Positions 11,573-22,173 of a stretch of DNA of 64,000 bases are shown here, one piece after another. The notes beneath the pieces were generated by a model. The model had not been told where the DNA came from. It ran no database searches and worked only from the letters and a program-made list of their open reading frames with translations. The translations under genes were made by a program, and so were the position numbers. Source of the stretch: Massalongia carnosa. Lineage: Eukaryota. Location of the stretch: positions 1,922,001-1,986,000 of the forward strand of contig OZ287078.1 in NCBI GenBank assembly GCA_965645245.1, in the 5' to 3' direction. Position 1 is the stretch's first letter; every line of letters begins with the position of its first letter.

Positions 11573-11667
11573 CGACCGAGGTTCTTTTGCCTCCTGCTTA
11601 CTAATTTCCAGATTAGGCAATCATATGCTATATGCGAAAAGCTTCAGATATCGGCAAGACTTCGACA

Positions 11668-13324
11668 ATATGGTGCTCAGGGTTTTTATCAAATCGAGCG
11701 TACCCTGGTTGTCGCCATTTAGGATAATTAGTAGGTTCATATCTTTAGAGAAGTTCGACTCTCCGAACCATCTAGTTGCCCACACTATATCTTTTGAAGC
11801 CTGGCACATGGAAGAATACTCTGCTTCCATGGTGGATGTGACGACTGACCGTTGCCTCTTACTGGCCCATATAACTGCCCCGTTTCCTAGCATCAGAACG
11901 TGGCCATATGATGATTTTCTATCATGGTTATCACCATACGCTGCATCAGCATAACTAGTGGGTCCGGTGTCATTGGGTTCGTAGGTAAGTGCCAAATTCG
12001 TGGTCCCATTCAGATATTTTATGAGATGGTCTACCGCGTTTCGGTGCCTAATTGCTGGATCGTGCGTATATTGACTAAGCTTTCCAACTGCTTGGGCAAT
12101 GTCTGGTCGCGTGTTGATCATCAAAAACATCAAACTCCCTATCCGTTCTTGATATTCTATTTGGTTTGTCCTAGGTTCGTTGACGATGGCAGGACTGCAT
12201 GCATCATAGTTGATCATAGGGGTAAGGACTGAATTTGCTTTATCCATCTTATATTTCTGCAGGAAGCTGCGAATGTAAGATTATTAGTCAATCATTATTT
12301 TGTCTTTCTCGCGACGTATGCGAATCCCTAAGATGAACTTTGCTGACCCTAAGTCTTTCATATTATATTCCTTTATTAGTAGACTTTTGAGCTCCTTTAT
12401 GGCTGTCATGCTTTTGGAAAATATCAGAAAATCATCAACATAAAGGCTAATGATAACGTGGGTAGTGTGATTAACGAACACACAATTGTCTCCTGAGAAC
12501 GCTTTGAAACCAATGGATGTTAGATAATTGGTTATCTTTTTATTCCATCCTCGGCCAGATTGTTTGAGACCATAGAGTCCTTTCAGAACGCGCAACACAT
12601 GGTTCGTCAGATGTGGGGGAAGCACCAAGCCTTGGGGAGGCTTCATATAGATTTCGTCATCTAGGGAGCTTTGCAAGTATGCGTTTGGTGCGTCCATTTG
12701 CTCAATATGGAAGTTATATTTACATGCGAAATATAGGAGCATTCGTAAGGATTCATACCTTAGGGTGGGTGAAAACGTGTCCCCATAGTCTGTCCCGGGG
12801 ATTTGTTTGAAGCCCCTTGCTACTAATCGTGCTTTATAGCGGTCAACATGGTTAGTAGGGGTGTATTTCACTTTGAAGACCCATCTAGCGGTGATGATGT
12901 TCTTATCTGCTGGTCTTTCAACATATTTCCATGTATTATTGGCGGCGAGAGCATTTAATTCGTCTTGAATAGCAATTTTCCATTTGCGATGGTCAGTGCA
13001 TTGCATGGCCTGATTATATGACTGCGGCTCGTACACTTTGGATGGTTGTTTTGCTATATTTGCCCGGTCCCCGTCCTTTTTGTTTCCATAAGAGTTATCG
13101 AATTCGTATCGGTTATACACATCTTTCCTGCGGTTGGAACGTCTGGTAGGTGATGAAGAAGGGGTCCTATTTGTCTCCTGAGTTTGGTTGTTTTGGTGCT
13201 GGGCACCTGCATCATCTTGGTGCAGATTATCCTGAGCACCTGCATCATCATCCTGATGCTGAATACCATCGCCCTGGTACTGATCACCATTAGTAGGAAC
13301 TCCCACTTGATCAGTAGTAGGGTG
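11668..13324 (-). mobile_element. Outer Copia element, RT-RNaseH half (3'-truncated)
   Basis: RYKARLVARGF, QMDAPNAYL, LYGLKQSGR, LYVDD, YADA, STMEAEY, GDNQG. In-frame TAA TAA at 12281-12286. Breaks off at ...NPEHH. Confidence 0.92.
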
Positions 13325-16300
13325 TGATGAATAGTAAAATTCACGTGTAGGTATAATAGCATGATTGTCATTGAAGGTATGGATTATATGTGAGCTATCT
13401 ACTTCATTATATAGCAGTCACATTGGAGACCTTTCGGCGACCCTTTTCATAAGGAGTCAGCCGGTCCACTGAATCTCGGTCCCCGGAGGTCATCTCGGCC
13501 CCCGGAGGTCATCTCGGTCCCCGTGGTAGAGTCGCCGAAGATAAGCACTAGATGAATGCCCATGATAGTAGCCCCTACCATCTGACACTCCCATTCAGTC
13601 ATCTTGAGACTATTCGAATATTACCTCTTTGAGCTTAGTTCATGCCAAGCATTAACTTAAAGTCCTCAAAGGGTTTAGCGGCCAGTGGCTTCGTAAGCCC
13701 ATCTGCCACCATCTCTTTGGTCGAGATAAATTTGATTTTTATCTTTCCCAATTCAACCACCTCCCGTATCCAATGCCATTTGATTTCAATGTGCTTGGTG
13801 CGACGGTGAAACTCCGGGTTTTCGGCCAGTGCAATTGACCCTTGATTGTCCCCTCGAAGTAGGACTGGGTGGCCCTTCTTCCGGTATCCCAGCTCGGTCA
13901 GAAATCGTGCACACCAAATGGCCTCTTTAGCTGCTTCTGTTAGGGCCATATATTCGGCCTCGCAGGTGGATAGGGCGACGGTAGGTTGTAGCTTGGAACA
14001 GTGAGAAATCGGGGCGCCTGCTAACAAAAATGTATAGGCCCCTGTCGATTTTCTTCCATCTTTCGTTCCAGCATAGTCGGAGTCCGAGTACCCCACAATG
14101 TCATCCTCGGTATCTTTTCTAAACACGAGTCCTGCATTTAGGGTACTGGAGATATAGCGCATAATGCGCTGAAGATATTTGCAGTGTAATGGGCCTGGGT
14201 TCGAACAATATCGACTCAGTACTCCCACTGCATAAGCGATGTCGGGGCGTGTATGCATGGCTGGCCACATGAGCGAGCCTACCACCGACTGGTACCAGGT
14301 AATTGTTTTCTTGTCGGCCTGGTCTTCCGACGGCATGAGTGTGTTTCCGGCACCGGGGTCCATGGGGGTGGAAATAGGTCTGCAGTCGACCATATTAAAT
14401 CGCTGCAGTATCTTCTTCAGATAAGTTGTTTGTCGGAGAGTTATAATCGATTTTTCGGTGTTGACGTTCACCTCAATTCCCAAATAATGGGACACTTCTC
14501 CCAAGTCCGTCATGCGGAAACGAGACTTCAATTCGTGTTGCAGTTGCTGCAGTTTTGAAGTATCTTTGCCGAAGATGAGGAGGTCGTCGACGTAAATCGC
14601 TATAAACATATCGTCCGATACAAAAACTCCATGGTCCGAATATGTCCGTTTAAACCCCATCTTTTGCAGAAAATCCTGCAAGGTCTGGTACCATACACGA
14701 GGGGATTGTTTTAGGCCATATAGGGCCTTTCGTAGTAAGCAGACCTTGTCCTCCCCTTTTTCGAACAAGGTGGGTTGTATGACATAAATAGCTTCATCTA
14801 GGAAGCCATATAGGAAAGCAGTCACCACATCCATGTGGTGAATGGAAAGCCCCTTTTTAACACTGATTCCCATCAATGCTTTGTAGGAGACTGGTTTTAC
14901 CACTGTAGCAAAGGTATCGAGGTAGTCCAGGCCTTCCTTTTGTTTATAGCCGTGAACTACCCATCTTGCTTTGTACTTTAGTACTTTCCCATTTCTGTCT
15001 TTCTTTAGTTTGAACACCCAGCGACCGGTGATCACCTTTCGATCACTCGGTGCTTTTTCTAGTGTCCATGTTTCATTCTCCACTAGGGATTGGTATTCGG
15101 CCTCCATGGCCTTTTTCCATTGTTCCCAGTGGGGTGAGGACATTGCCTCTTTCAGTGTCAGAGGTTCATCGAGGCCTTCTGTGTCCTCGCCTCTTGCCAG
15201 GGTGATTAGCACTCGTACCATATGTTTATGGGATTCTGGCACCTGGTTTGACCTGAATATATTTATGCTGGGACGGGAGTTCTCCAGTGACTTTTGACTG
15301 GGAACTCTTAATCGCCCAGATCTTCGAGGTTCGATGAGGGGTGAAGGAATTTCTTCCGTTTCACTTGGATCATCCTCCCCCTCACTCTCCTCGGCTTGGC
15401 CTCCCCCCGACGCATTTACTCCCATTGGATGAAGCATTATTCGTGGAGTTGATGGGGCCGATACCTGTTGGTCTTCCGAACTTCTCGATATTTTGGAGTT
15501 CGGGTTTATCGGAGATAACGAATTTGGGATTTCGACTTCATTTTCGACAAAGTCGTCCGGATCATCAAATAAACCATCATCATTCTTCTCCCATGGAATA
15601 TCGGCTAGGTCCCAGGCCTTTTTGTCCTTGGGATCATATATATTGCCTTCGTCGACGGTGATATCGCGACAAACATGGACTTTTCCAGTGAGAGGATCGT
15701 AGATTCGATACTGATTGTTTCCATCATACCCGACAAATATTCCTTGCCAGGAACGATCATCCAATTTCTTTCGTTTCTCCTTTGGGATATGTACCCACGT
15801 CCTTGCCCCGACCGTTCTCATATGGCCGAGGAAGGGTTTCGCATTGTTCATGCGTTCATATGGAGTGACCTCGTCGACCCCGGGACTTCTATTTTTGATG
15901 TACCCAGCAGTCTTCAGGACTTCCCCCCAAAGAGACTTTGGAAGTCTCTTTGCTTTCAACATGGACCGGGTAGGGACCATGAGAGTATAGTTCTGTCTTT
16001 CGGCTTTTCCGTTTTTCTCGGGCACATTCGGTGCCCTGGCTTCCCATTGAATGCCTTCCTTTTTTAGGAAATTCTGGAAGTCTCCACCCGTGTACTCTCC
16101 TCCTCCATCAGCTCGAAGGCGCTTTATTTTCTTTCCTGATTGATTTTCTATCCATGCTTTGAACTCTTTGAAAATTTCAAAGGTCTGACCCTTTGTTTTC
16201 AGCAAATACACCCACACTACTCCGGAGAAATCGTCTTTTATTGTAGCATAAAAATTTTCACCGAACCTTGTCAGTGGGAATGGTCCCCCCAAATCGCTAT

Positions 16301-18371
16301 GCACTAGACCCAGGAATTCTGTTGCTCGGGTCCTTGGAGTGCGATTTATTTTCCGCTGTTGTCTACCCATCATGCATGGGCCGCATACTTCTTCTGGTAT
16401 GGGTCCTTCGATGGTGACTCCATTGGCTAAGTGATTTAGTTTTAGGAGGTTTGGATAGCTGAGGTGGCCGAGTCGTTCGTGCCATATTTGAATAGGGGAC
16501 TTTGCAGAATTTGTGGTGGTGAGGGCTCGTGCACCGATAGGGCTGACGGTGGTTTCCAAAATATATTGATTATCTATCGTTTTGGCCAGTCCAATCACCT
16601 TTCCTTTGTGCACTAATTGTGCGGGCTGCTCGTCCGCCATCAGGTATGTTGCTATGCCTTTCTTACCAAGCTTAATGGTGCTGATGAGGTTAAATTTTAG
16701 GCGTGGGGAGTATAGGACATCGGTCAGAATGAGGTCAGTTTGACTCCCATTGCCATTGTCCAGCGGGATAAGCAGAGAGCCTGTGCCCTCTGTTGGTAGT
16801 ACTTCTCCGGACCCTGTCTCTAGAAAGTTGTACTCGCTCCGAAAGGTTCCTTCTAGAAAGAAATCCTTGTTGCAGAGAATATGTGAGGTTGCACCGGAGT
16901 CGAGTAACAAGCTTTGGGGACGTTGGGGGCTTTGGGACGGTTTTGCCATACAAATAAGCGGTGTTTCCTGGGTACTTTTCCCGGAACATTCCCTTATCAT
17001 ACAGACTATTTGTGGCTTTGAGGCTTCATGGCCTCCTTCCTCGCAAACGCTTTCTAAATGGCCTACTTTACCACATGTTTTGCATTTGGAGTCGATATAC
17101 CTGCATGTTCCGGGGTGAAACTTCCCGCAACACTTGCATTTGGTCTTACCCTCTCCGGACCTTGCTCCGGAGGGGTGCTTTTTGTTGTTAGTCTTCCCTT
17201 TTGTCTTTAGCACATTGGCTGTGGCAATGGGGTCCTGGCGCATGCGAGCTTCCTCTTCCTCCAGGTTTTTCAACAAAGCATCCAGCGCAGGGAATTTATC
17301 CTCACGCCGGGCTTGCTCGTTCAGTATTGTAAGATAGGTGCTGAACGAGTTTCCTAGTCCATTCAGGAGCCTGAGCACAACTATTTGTTCGACAGTCAGG
17401 GCCATGTCGGTGATCTCGGCCTTGATGTCCCTGACAAGGCTTCCGTATTCTTCGATGGACTTGCACTTTTCATATTTTATCTCCTCTAGCCGGTTGAAGG
17501 TGCTCCATTTGGCACTCCAATTCTTTAGAGTGTACCGGGTTTTTAGATGTTCCCAAAGATCTTTTGGGTCCCAGACTGCTCCATTAGCTAGGTCTCTCAT
17601 GGACAGGAATTCTTGCTGCACGTCGTCCGTGCACATCTTTCCTATCTTACCAACTACCCTCCTTTGTTTCTCCAAGAACTCTAGTCGTTCAAGGTCCCTT
17701 TGGTCTCTTTTGTCGAGTTGTTCTTCTGTTTCTGATGTTTCCTCCGGAGGGTCTCCCTCTTTCTCACTAGGTTTATTAGGTGGAAGGGGAATCTCTCGGG
17801 GCATTTTCCGAGCACCAGTCACATAACTCCAGAGTTCCGCTTCCTGCAGGGCGAAGGCCATGTCTCTAGACCATTTCTTATAGTTACCACTCCCCATGAG
17901 TTTGGGGAATGTGTACAGACTCTCTCCTTTAGCCATGCCAGAGAAAGTAGTGTAGAAGCAGGGAAGGGTCTCCCGGTATGGAGGGGATACTAGCAGGGAA
18001 TATATATATATATATTGAAGGATGGGGCAGATGGAGAGGTGGAGGTATGTTTTGACAATCAATGTGGGGGCTTATTCGACGAAGTGGAAGTGAGCCGGGC
18101 TCATAACCTGATGAATAGTAAAATTCACGTGTAGGTATAATAGCATGATTGTCATTGAAGGTATGGATTATATGTGAGCTATCTACTTCATTATATAGCA
18201 GTCACATTGGAGACCTTTCGGCGACCCTTTTCATAAGGAGTCAGCCGGTCCACTGAATCTCGGTCCCCGGAGGTCATCTCGGCCCCCGGAGGTCATCTCG
18301 GTCCCCGTGGTAGAGTCGCCGAAGATAAGCACTAGATGAATGCCCATGATGGTAGCCCCTACCATCTGACA
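13325..18371 (-). mobile_element. Intact Ty1/Copia LTR retrotransposon nested in another Copia
   Basis: 263-bp LTRs at 13325-13587 and 18109-18371 differ at one base. TSD GGGTG at 13320-24 and 18372-76. PBS GGTTATGAGCCC and PPT GAATGGGAG. Confidence 0.97.
13635..17936 (-). CDS. Copia Gag-Pol polyprotein, uninterrupted
   Basis: CKTCGKVGHLESVC knuckle, LDSGAT protease, WHERLGH...CGPC, HSDLGGP/RADGGGEY integrase, YVDD RT, YSDSD/EAEY/DNQG/ADGLTK RNaseH. Start taken at MAKGES; the ORF track extends to 18062. Confidence 0.95.
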   Translation of the reverse strand: MAKGESLYTFPKLMGSGNYKKWSRDMAFALQEAELWSYVTGARKMPREIPLPPNKPSEKEGDPPEETSETEEQLDKRDQRDLERLEFLEKQRRVVGKIGKMCTDDVQQEFLSMRDLANGAVWDPKDLWEHLKTRYTLKNWSAKWSTFNRLEEIKYEKCKSIEEYGSLVRDIKAEITDMALTVEQIVVLRLLNGLGNSFSTYLTILNEQARREDKFPALDALLKNLEEEEARMRQDPIATANVLKTKGKTNNKKHPSGARSGEGKTKCKCCGKFHPGTCRYIDSKCKTCGKVGHLESVCEEGGHEASKPQIVCMIRECSGKSTQETPLICMAKPSQSPQRPQSLLLDSGATSHILCNKDFFLEGTFRSEYNFLETGSGEVLPTEGTGSLLIPLDNGNGSQTDLILTDVLYSPRLKFNLISTIKLGKKGIATYLMADEQPAQLVHKGKVIGLAKTIDNQYILETTVSPIGARALTTTNSAKSPIQIWHERLGHLSYPNLLKLNHLANGVTIEGPIPEEVCGPCMMGRQQRKINRTPRTRATEFLGLVHSDLGGPFPLTRFGENFYATIKDDFSGVVWVYLLKTKGQTFEIFKEFKAWIENQSGKKIKRLRADGGGEYTGGDFQNFLKKEGIQWEARAPNVPEKNGKAERQNYTLMVPTRSMLKAKRLPKSLWGEVLKTAGYIKNRSPGVDEVTPYERMNNAKPFLGHMRTVGARTWVHIPKEKRKKLDDRSWQGIFVGYDGNNQYRIYDPLTGKVHVCRDITVDEGNIYDPKDKKAWDLADIPWEKNDDGLFDDPDDFVENEVEIPNSLSPINPNSKISRSSEDQQVSAPSTPRIMLHPMGVNASGGGQAEESEGEDDPSETEEIPSPLIEPRRSGRLRVPSQKSLENSRPSINIFRSNQVPESHKHMVRVLITLARGEDTEGLDEPLTLKEAMSSPHWEQWKKAMEAEYQSLVENETWTLEKAPSDRKVITGRWVFKLKKDRNGKVLKYKARWVVHGYKQKEGLDYLDTFATVVKPVSYKALMGISVKKGLSIHHMDVVTAFLYGFLDEAIYVIQPTLFEKGEDKVCLLRKALYGLKQSPRVWYQTLQDFLQKMGFKRTYSDHGVFVSDDMFIAIYVDDLLIFGKDTSKLQQLQHELKSRFRMTDLGEVSHYLGIEVNVNTEKSIITLRQTTYLKKILQRFNMVDCRPISTPMDPGAGNTLMPSEDQADKKTITWYQSVVGSLMWPAMHTRPDIAYAVGVLSRYCSNPGPLHCKYLQRIMRYISSTLNAGLVFRKDTEDDIVGYSDSDYAGTKDGRKSTGAYTFLLAGAPISHCSKLQPTVALSTCEAEYMALTEAAKEAIWCARFLTELGYRKKGHPVLLRGDNQGSIALAENPEFHRRTKHIEIKWHWIREVVELGKIKIKFISTKEMVADGLTKPLAAKPFEDFKLMLGMN

Positions 18372-20827
18372 GGGTGATTGGTTGGTGACGATTCATCATC
18401 ATCGGAAGAGTCATCGTCATTTAGGACGACGGACGGGGATGATAGGCCTTTTGTAAGTAAGGATCCCCCCGGTCTTTTTTCATCAAACTTTATTGAAGTC
18501 TGAATTTCCACCTTTTTTGTTTCCACATTGTATAACCTATATTGATTGCTTGAATGATACCCGGTGAATATTGCCTGATATGACACATTATCTAGTTTGG
18601 AGCGTTTTTCCTTTGGGACATGCACAAAAGAGACGCATCCGAACGTACGAAGAGTGTTGATGTTAGGTCTTAGCCCGGTCCAAGACTCATTAGGCGACGT
18701 GGTGTTGGTGGTAGGTAAGAAGTTTCTGAGGTGGTTTGCTGCTACTGCTGCTTCCCCCCAGAAAGATTGTGGCAATTTGGCCCATACCAACATAGACCTT
18801 ACCATTTGAACAATGGTTCTATTGAACCTTTCGGCGACACCGTTCTGCTGGGGCGTGTATGCGGTGGTTGGCTCCATACGAATTCCTAATGGCTGAAGTT
18901 GCTCTGCGAGATATTTATACTCTTTGGCATTATCAGCACGAAAGCGAATGATTTTGAGCCCCTTTTCCAACTCGACCATTGCCTTCCAGTCTTTTATGAT
19001 GCGGTATATGTCTGCCCTACTTTTCATACAGAAGAGCCAAGATTTTCGGGTATAGTCGTCTATCAAAGAAACGAAATAGGTATGCCCACCTAAACTGGCC
19101 TTCTTATATGGACCCCAAACGTCAGTATGTATTCTATCGAGTGGTCTATTTGCCTTCGAGAAAGGAATTTTGCTGATTGTACGGGTCATCTTAGTTAAAT
19201 TGCAAATCTGGCACGGTAGGTCCAGAATTGCCTTTGAAAATTTCTTCCCTGTTGCTTGTTGAAGTCGTATATCATTGGGGTGCCCCAATCGTGTATGCCA
19301 TAACCAATATTGGGCCTCATTGGTGGCCTCATTGGTGGTCTCTTTGGGTGCTCCCACTGGATCGCTATTGATGCAGTCAGGGGTAATAGGAGGAGGAGTT
19401 TTGGGTTGAATTTCGCCGGAGGAAAGCGAGGTCAGATATGTGGTTGATTTAAGGTTTGCCGGTGGTTCGGGGCCATCTAAATCATCATTTTCATCATGGG
19501 CTTCGAGGGCCACATGAGATGTGTGGAGGAAGTACGCCCGTCCCCTAAGAATTCCGGTAGCGACCAAAGTACCATCCCTGAAAATCTCGACACCTCTCCG
19601 GTTAAATGAAACGTTCAAACCCTTCCGATTAAGGGCTGCAATTGATAGCAAATTGACGTCTAGTTCAGGCACGAATAGAACGTTTGTCATCCGGATATTT
19701 TTCCCATCGATATTGGTGCAAATCGTACCTACTCCTACGGAGAAGAGTTTTTCGCCGTTTGCAATTCTAATGGTGGTCCGGTATGGCTTGATTTGGGTGA
19801 AGATCGATTTGTTGTATGTCATATGCCTGGAGGCTCCTGAGTCAATTACCCATCCAGGTGAGTGTTGATCATCTTGCGCCATCCACGCACTATTCTCACT
19901 ATCACTATTCGATTCATCCTTTGCTGCTCGTGCTGCCCCCCTTCCTCTCGGTTTGTTTTTGGACTGCTTGTTATCACTCTTTGATTTTCGGTTATTTTCT
20001 GGTCTAGGTTTCACCTCATTAGGGTGTTCTTTGACCCATTTTTTACCTTCATCTGTGTTGTCCTGCCAGTCCCAGCAATCATTGCTATTATGCCTCTTTG
20101 GGCAATGTGAGCATTTGGGGATTGCCTTACCCTTTTTAATGGCCTTATTGGCCGTCTCGGTCTCTTGCCCATCTTTTAGTCGTTGCTCCACCCGTTTTAG
20201 GCTTTCCAGAGTCTTTTCTAATGTAGGATCACCAAGGTCTTCAAGGATGAACTTCGCGGTGTCATAAGCTGGGTCCTTAATGGCGTTCATGAGGGTCATG
20301 GCCACAGATAGATCTGATGGCTGTTCTGAAGTCTTTATATCTGCGATTTCCATCGCAAGGTTCTGCAATTCATTGGCGACCTCATCGATGGGTTGATCGA
20401 CTGACATTTCATATGTATAGAATTTTCTGTGAAGCACACATATTCTGCTTTTGGCTTTGACTCCATGGACGTTCCTCAATGCTGCCCAAACATCCTTTGC
20501 GGTCTCCTTGTTCCTAACAGTGACATATTGAGACTTTTCTATATTGCCCCTGATCCAGAGCTGTGCTTGAGTGTCATCAGTAAACCATTCCTCATAGTCT
20601 TTTGGATGGATGACAGGGTCTGGAGAAGAAATGGCCCCGTTTATTATCCTCCACATCCTTTTAGATTTGAGAAGAAGTTGCATGTCATCGGCCCAGGTCA
20701 GATAGTTGTTGGACCCAAGCTTCGGCTCTACTTTATAGTCTCCTTTTCGAATGGCTTTTGAATATGATCCATCAGGGGTTGTGCCCTCTTTCGCGGGAGC
20801 TGCGGAATCGCTCTCTTTTCCAGACAT
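18372..20827 (-). mobile_element. Outer Copia element, gag-PR-IN half
   Basis: WVIDSGASRH, WHTRLGH...CQIC, HTDVWGP, RADNAKEY, QQNGVAERFN. Reads in frame across the nested insertion (..SSPTNHP|TTDQVGVP..) into the 12284-13324 segment. Confidence 0.93.
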
Positions 20828-20939
20828 GGTCCAATAATAGGAAAACTGATGGATGGAACGAAGAGAAGTATGGCTTCGTAACTTTGAAAAACAACAGAAT
20901 AGATAGATTAATTTATGCGGAAGAAAAAAATTGCTTTCC

Positions 20940-21250
20940 GGGCTCATAACCTATTGTAATTGAAGCTCTGCTGGCATAGTAAAAAGCTCACTTTTGAAAC
21001 GATTGATATTTCTATCTACCTATCTAAGGACCGTGTTTATATAGATAGAAAAACATGCCGAAAACCGTTCTCCCTATGACTCACCTTCCTGCTTCCTAGA
21101 AATCTAAGATTGGTGATTGACTCATATCCAATTTATGACTCGATGGGAATGTTCATAGAAGTTTTGCGGTGCTTCTCGAGGTCGTTGTGTGTTGCCTAAT
21201 GTTCTTGCCAACGCACTAATCCCAATGCGGTACCATGTGACTCTGAACAC
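20940..21250 (-). repeat. PBS and probable 5' LTR of the outer Copia (outer boundary uncertain)
   Basis: GGTTATGAGCCC on the minus strand at 20940-20951, adjacent to an AT-rich TATA-containing segment. There is no second LTR to confirm the length. Confidence 0.55.
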
Positions 21251-22173
21251 TTTACTAGGCATCAGCCGGGTGACTTTGCACATTACAACAAAATGCTAAA
21301 TTTGGGAGGCAACTCAGCTGTTCATGATCACTGAGTGTCTCGGTGTCTCCGGTCAGCAATAAGGTGTATTTTGCCCAGCTGAAAAGGTTCAAAGGAAGCA
21401 GGTTCATGCATTTGATATAGGCCGAGATGGAGGCCCTCAAGCAGTATAAAGAGACGGTGATTCCTCATGTAATTTAGCTATTCAGTCGTTCAGAATTCAG
21501 TTCAGCAGATAGCTAAATTTGGAGTATCTTCACTGGAAATACGGAGTACCTGCATCACGTTTGTTGATAGCCCTAGACCCTCTTCTCCTGTATCCAGCTG
21601 CCGTATGCCTGGTTGATTTTTTTGTTCAACACATTGGATTGTCAACCCGCCCCTAGCGCAGAGGATGGAAATCTGATGTCAGCGATAAGTCTATGCATAG
21701 ACGACGACAGCTCATTGGTCACTTTAGGTACACATCCAGTGCTTGTTGCTGAATGATCATTTCGTGTGCACAGCGCAAGTGCTTGTCGCTGATTGATCAC
21801 TATGAGTTCACAGTTCCGTCGCTTGTCGCTGATTGGGTAGTTTGAATACATGCTTCCTACTTCCCGTTGCTTTGCGGTGAGTGGTCACTTTGAGTATGCT
21901 CTTCTGCTTCAGTACAGGGTCTTAAGATGCTTCTCATTGCATCAAAAGTTCGAAAGCCACTGCAGCATCAAATGTCGCCTTCTCGACTTCTCGCCTTCTT
22001 CTCTAAAGGTGATTTAACTTTCCAGCAACACTAGGCAGATTTGATCAATCACTTCTCCTGTCAAACAAAAACATCCCTCAACTGATAACATACGACGAGA
22101 ATTATATGATTTACTTTCGCGTCCTTTGAGTTTCACCCATTGCAAGGCTTTCGAAGCGAAGCAGTAGGAGACA

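Noticed and set aside
11426..11620. 64-aa ORF with LIPFGLAS repeats
   Set aside because: It is the translation of the 24-bp subterminal repeats in the right TIR.
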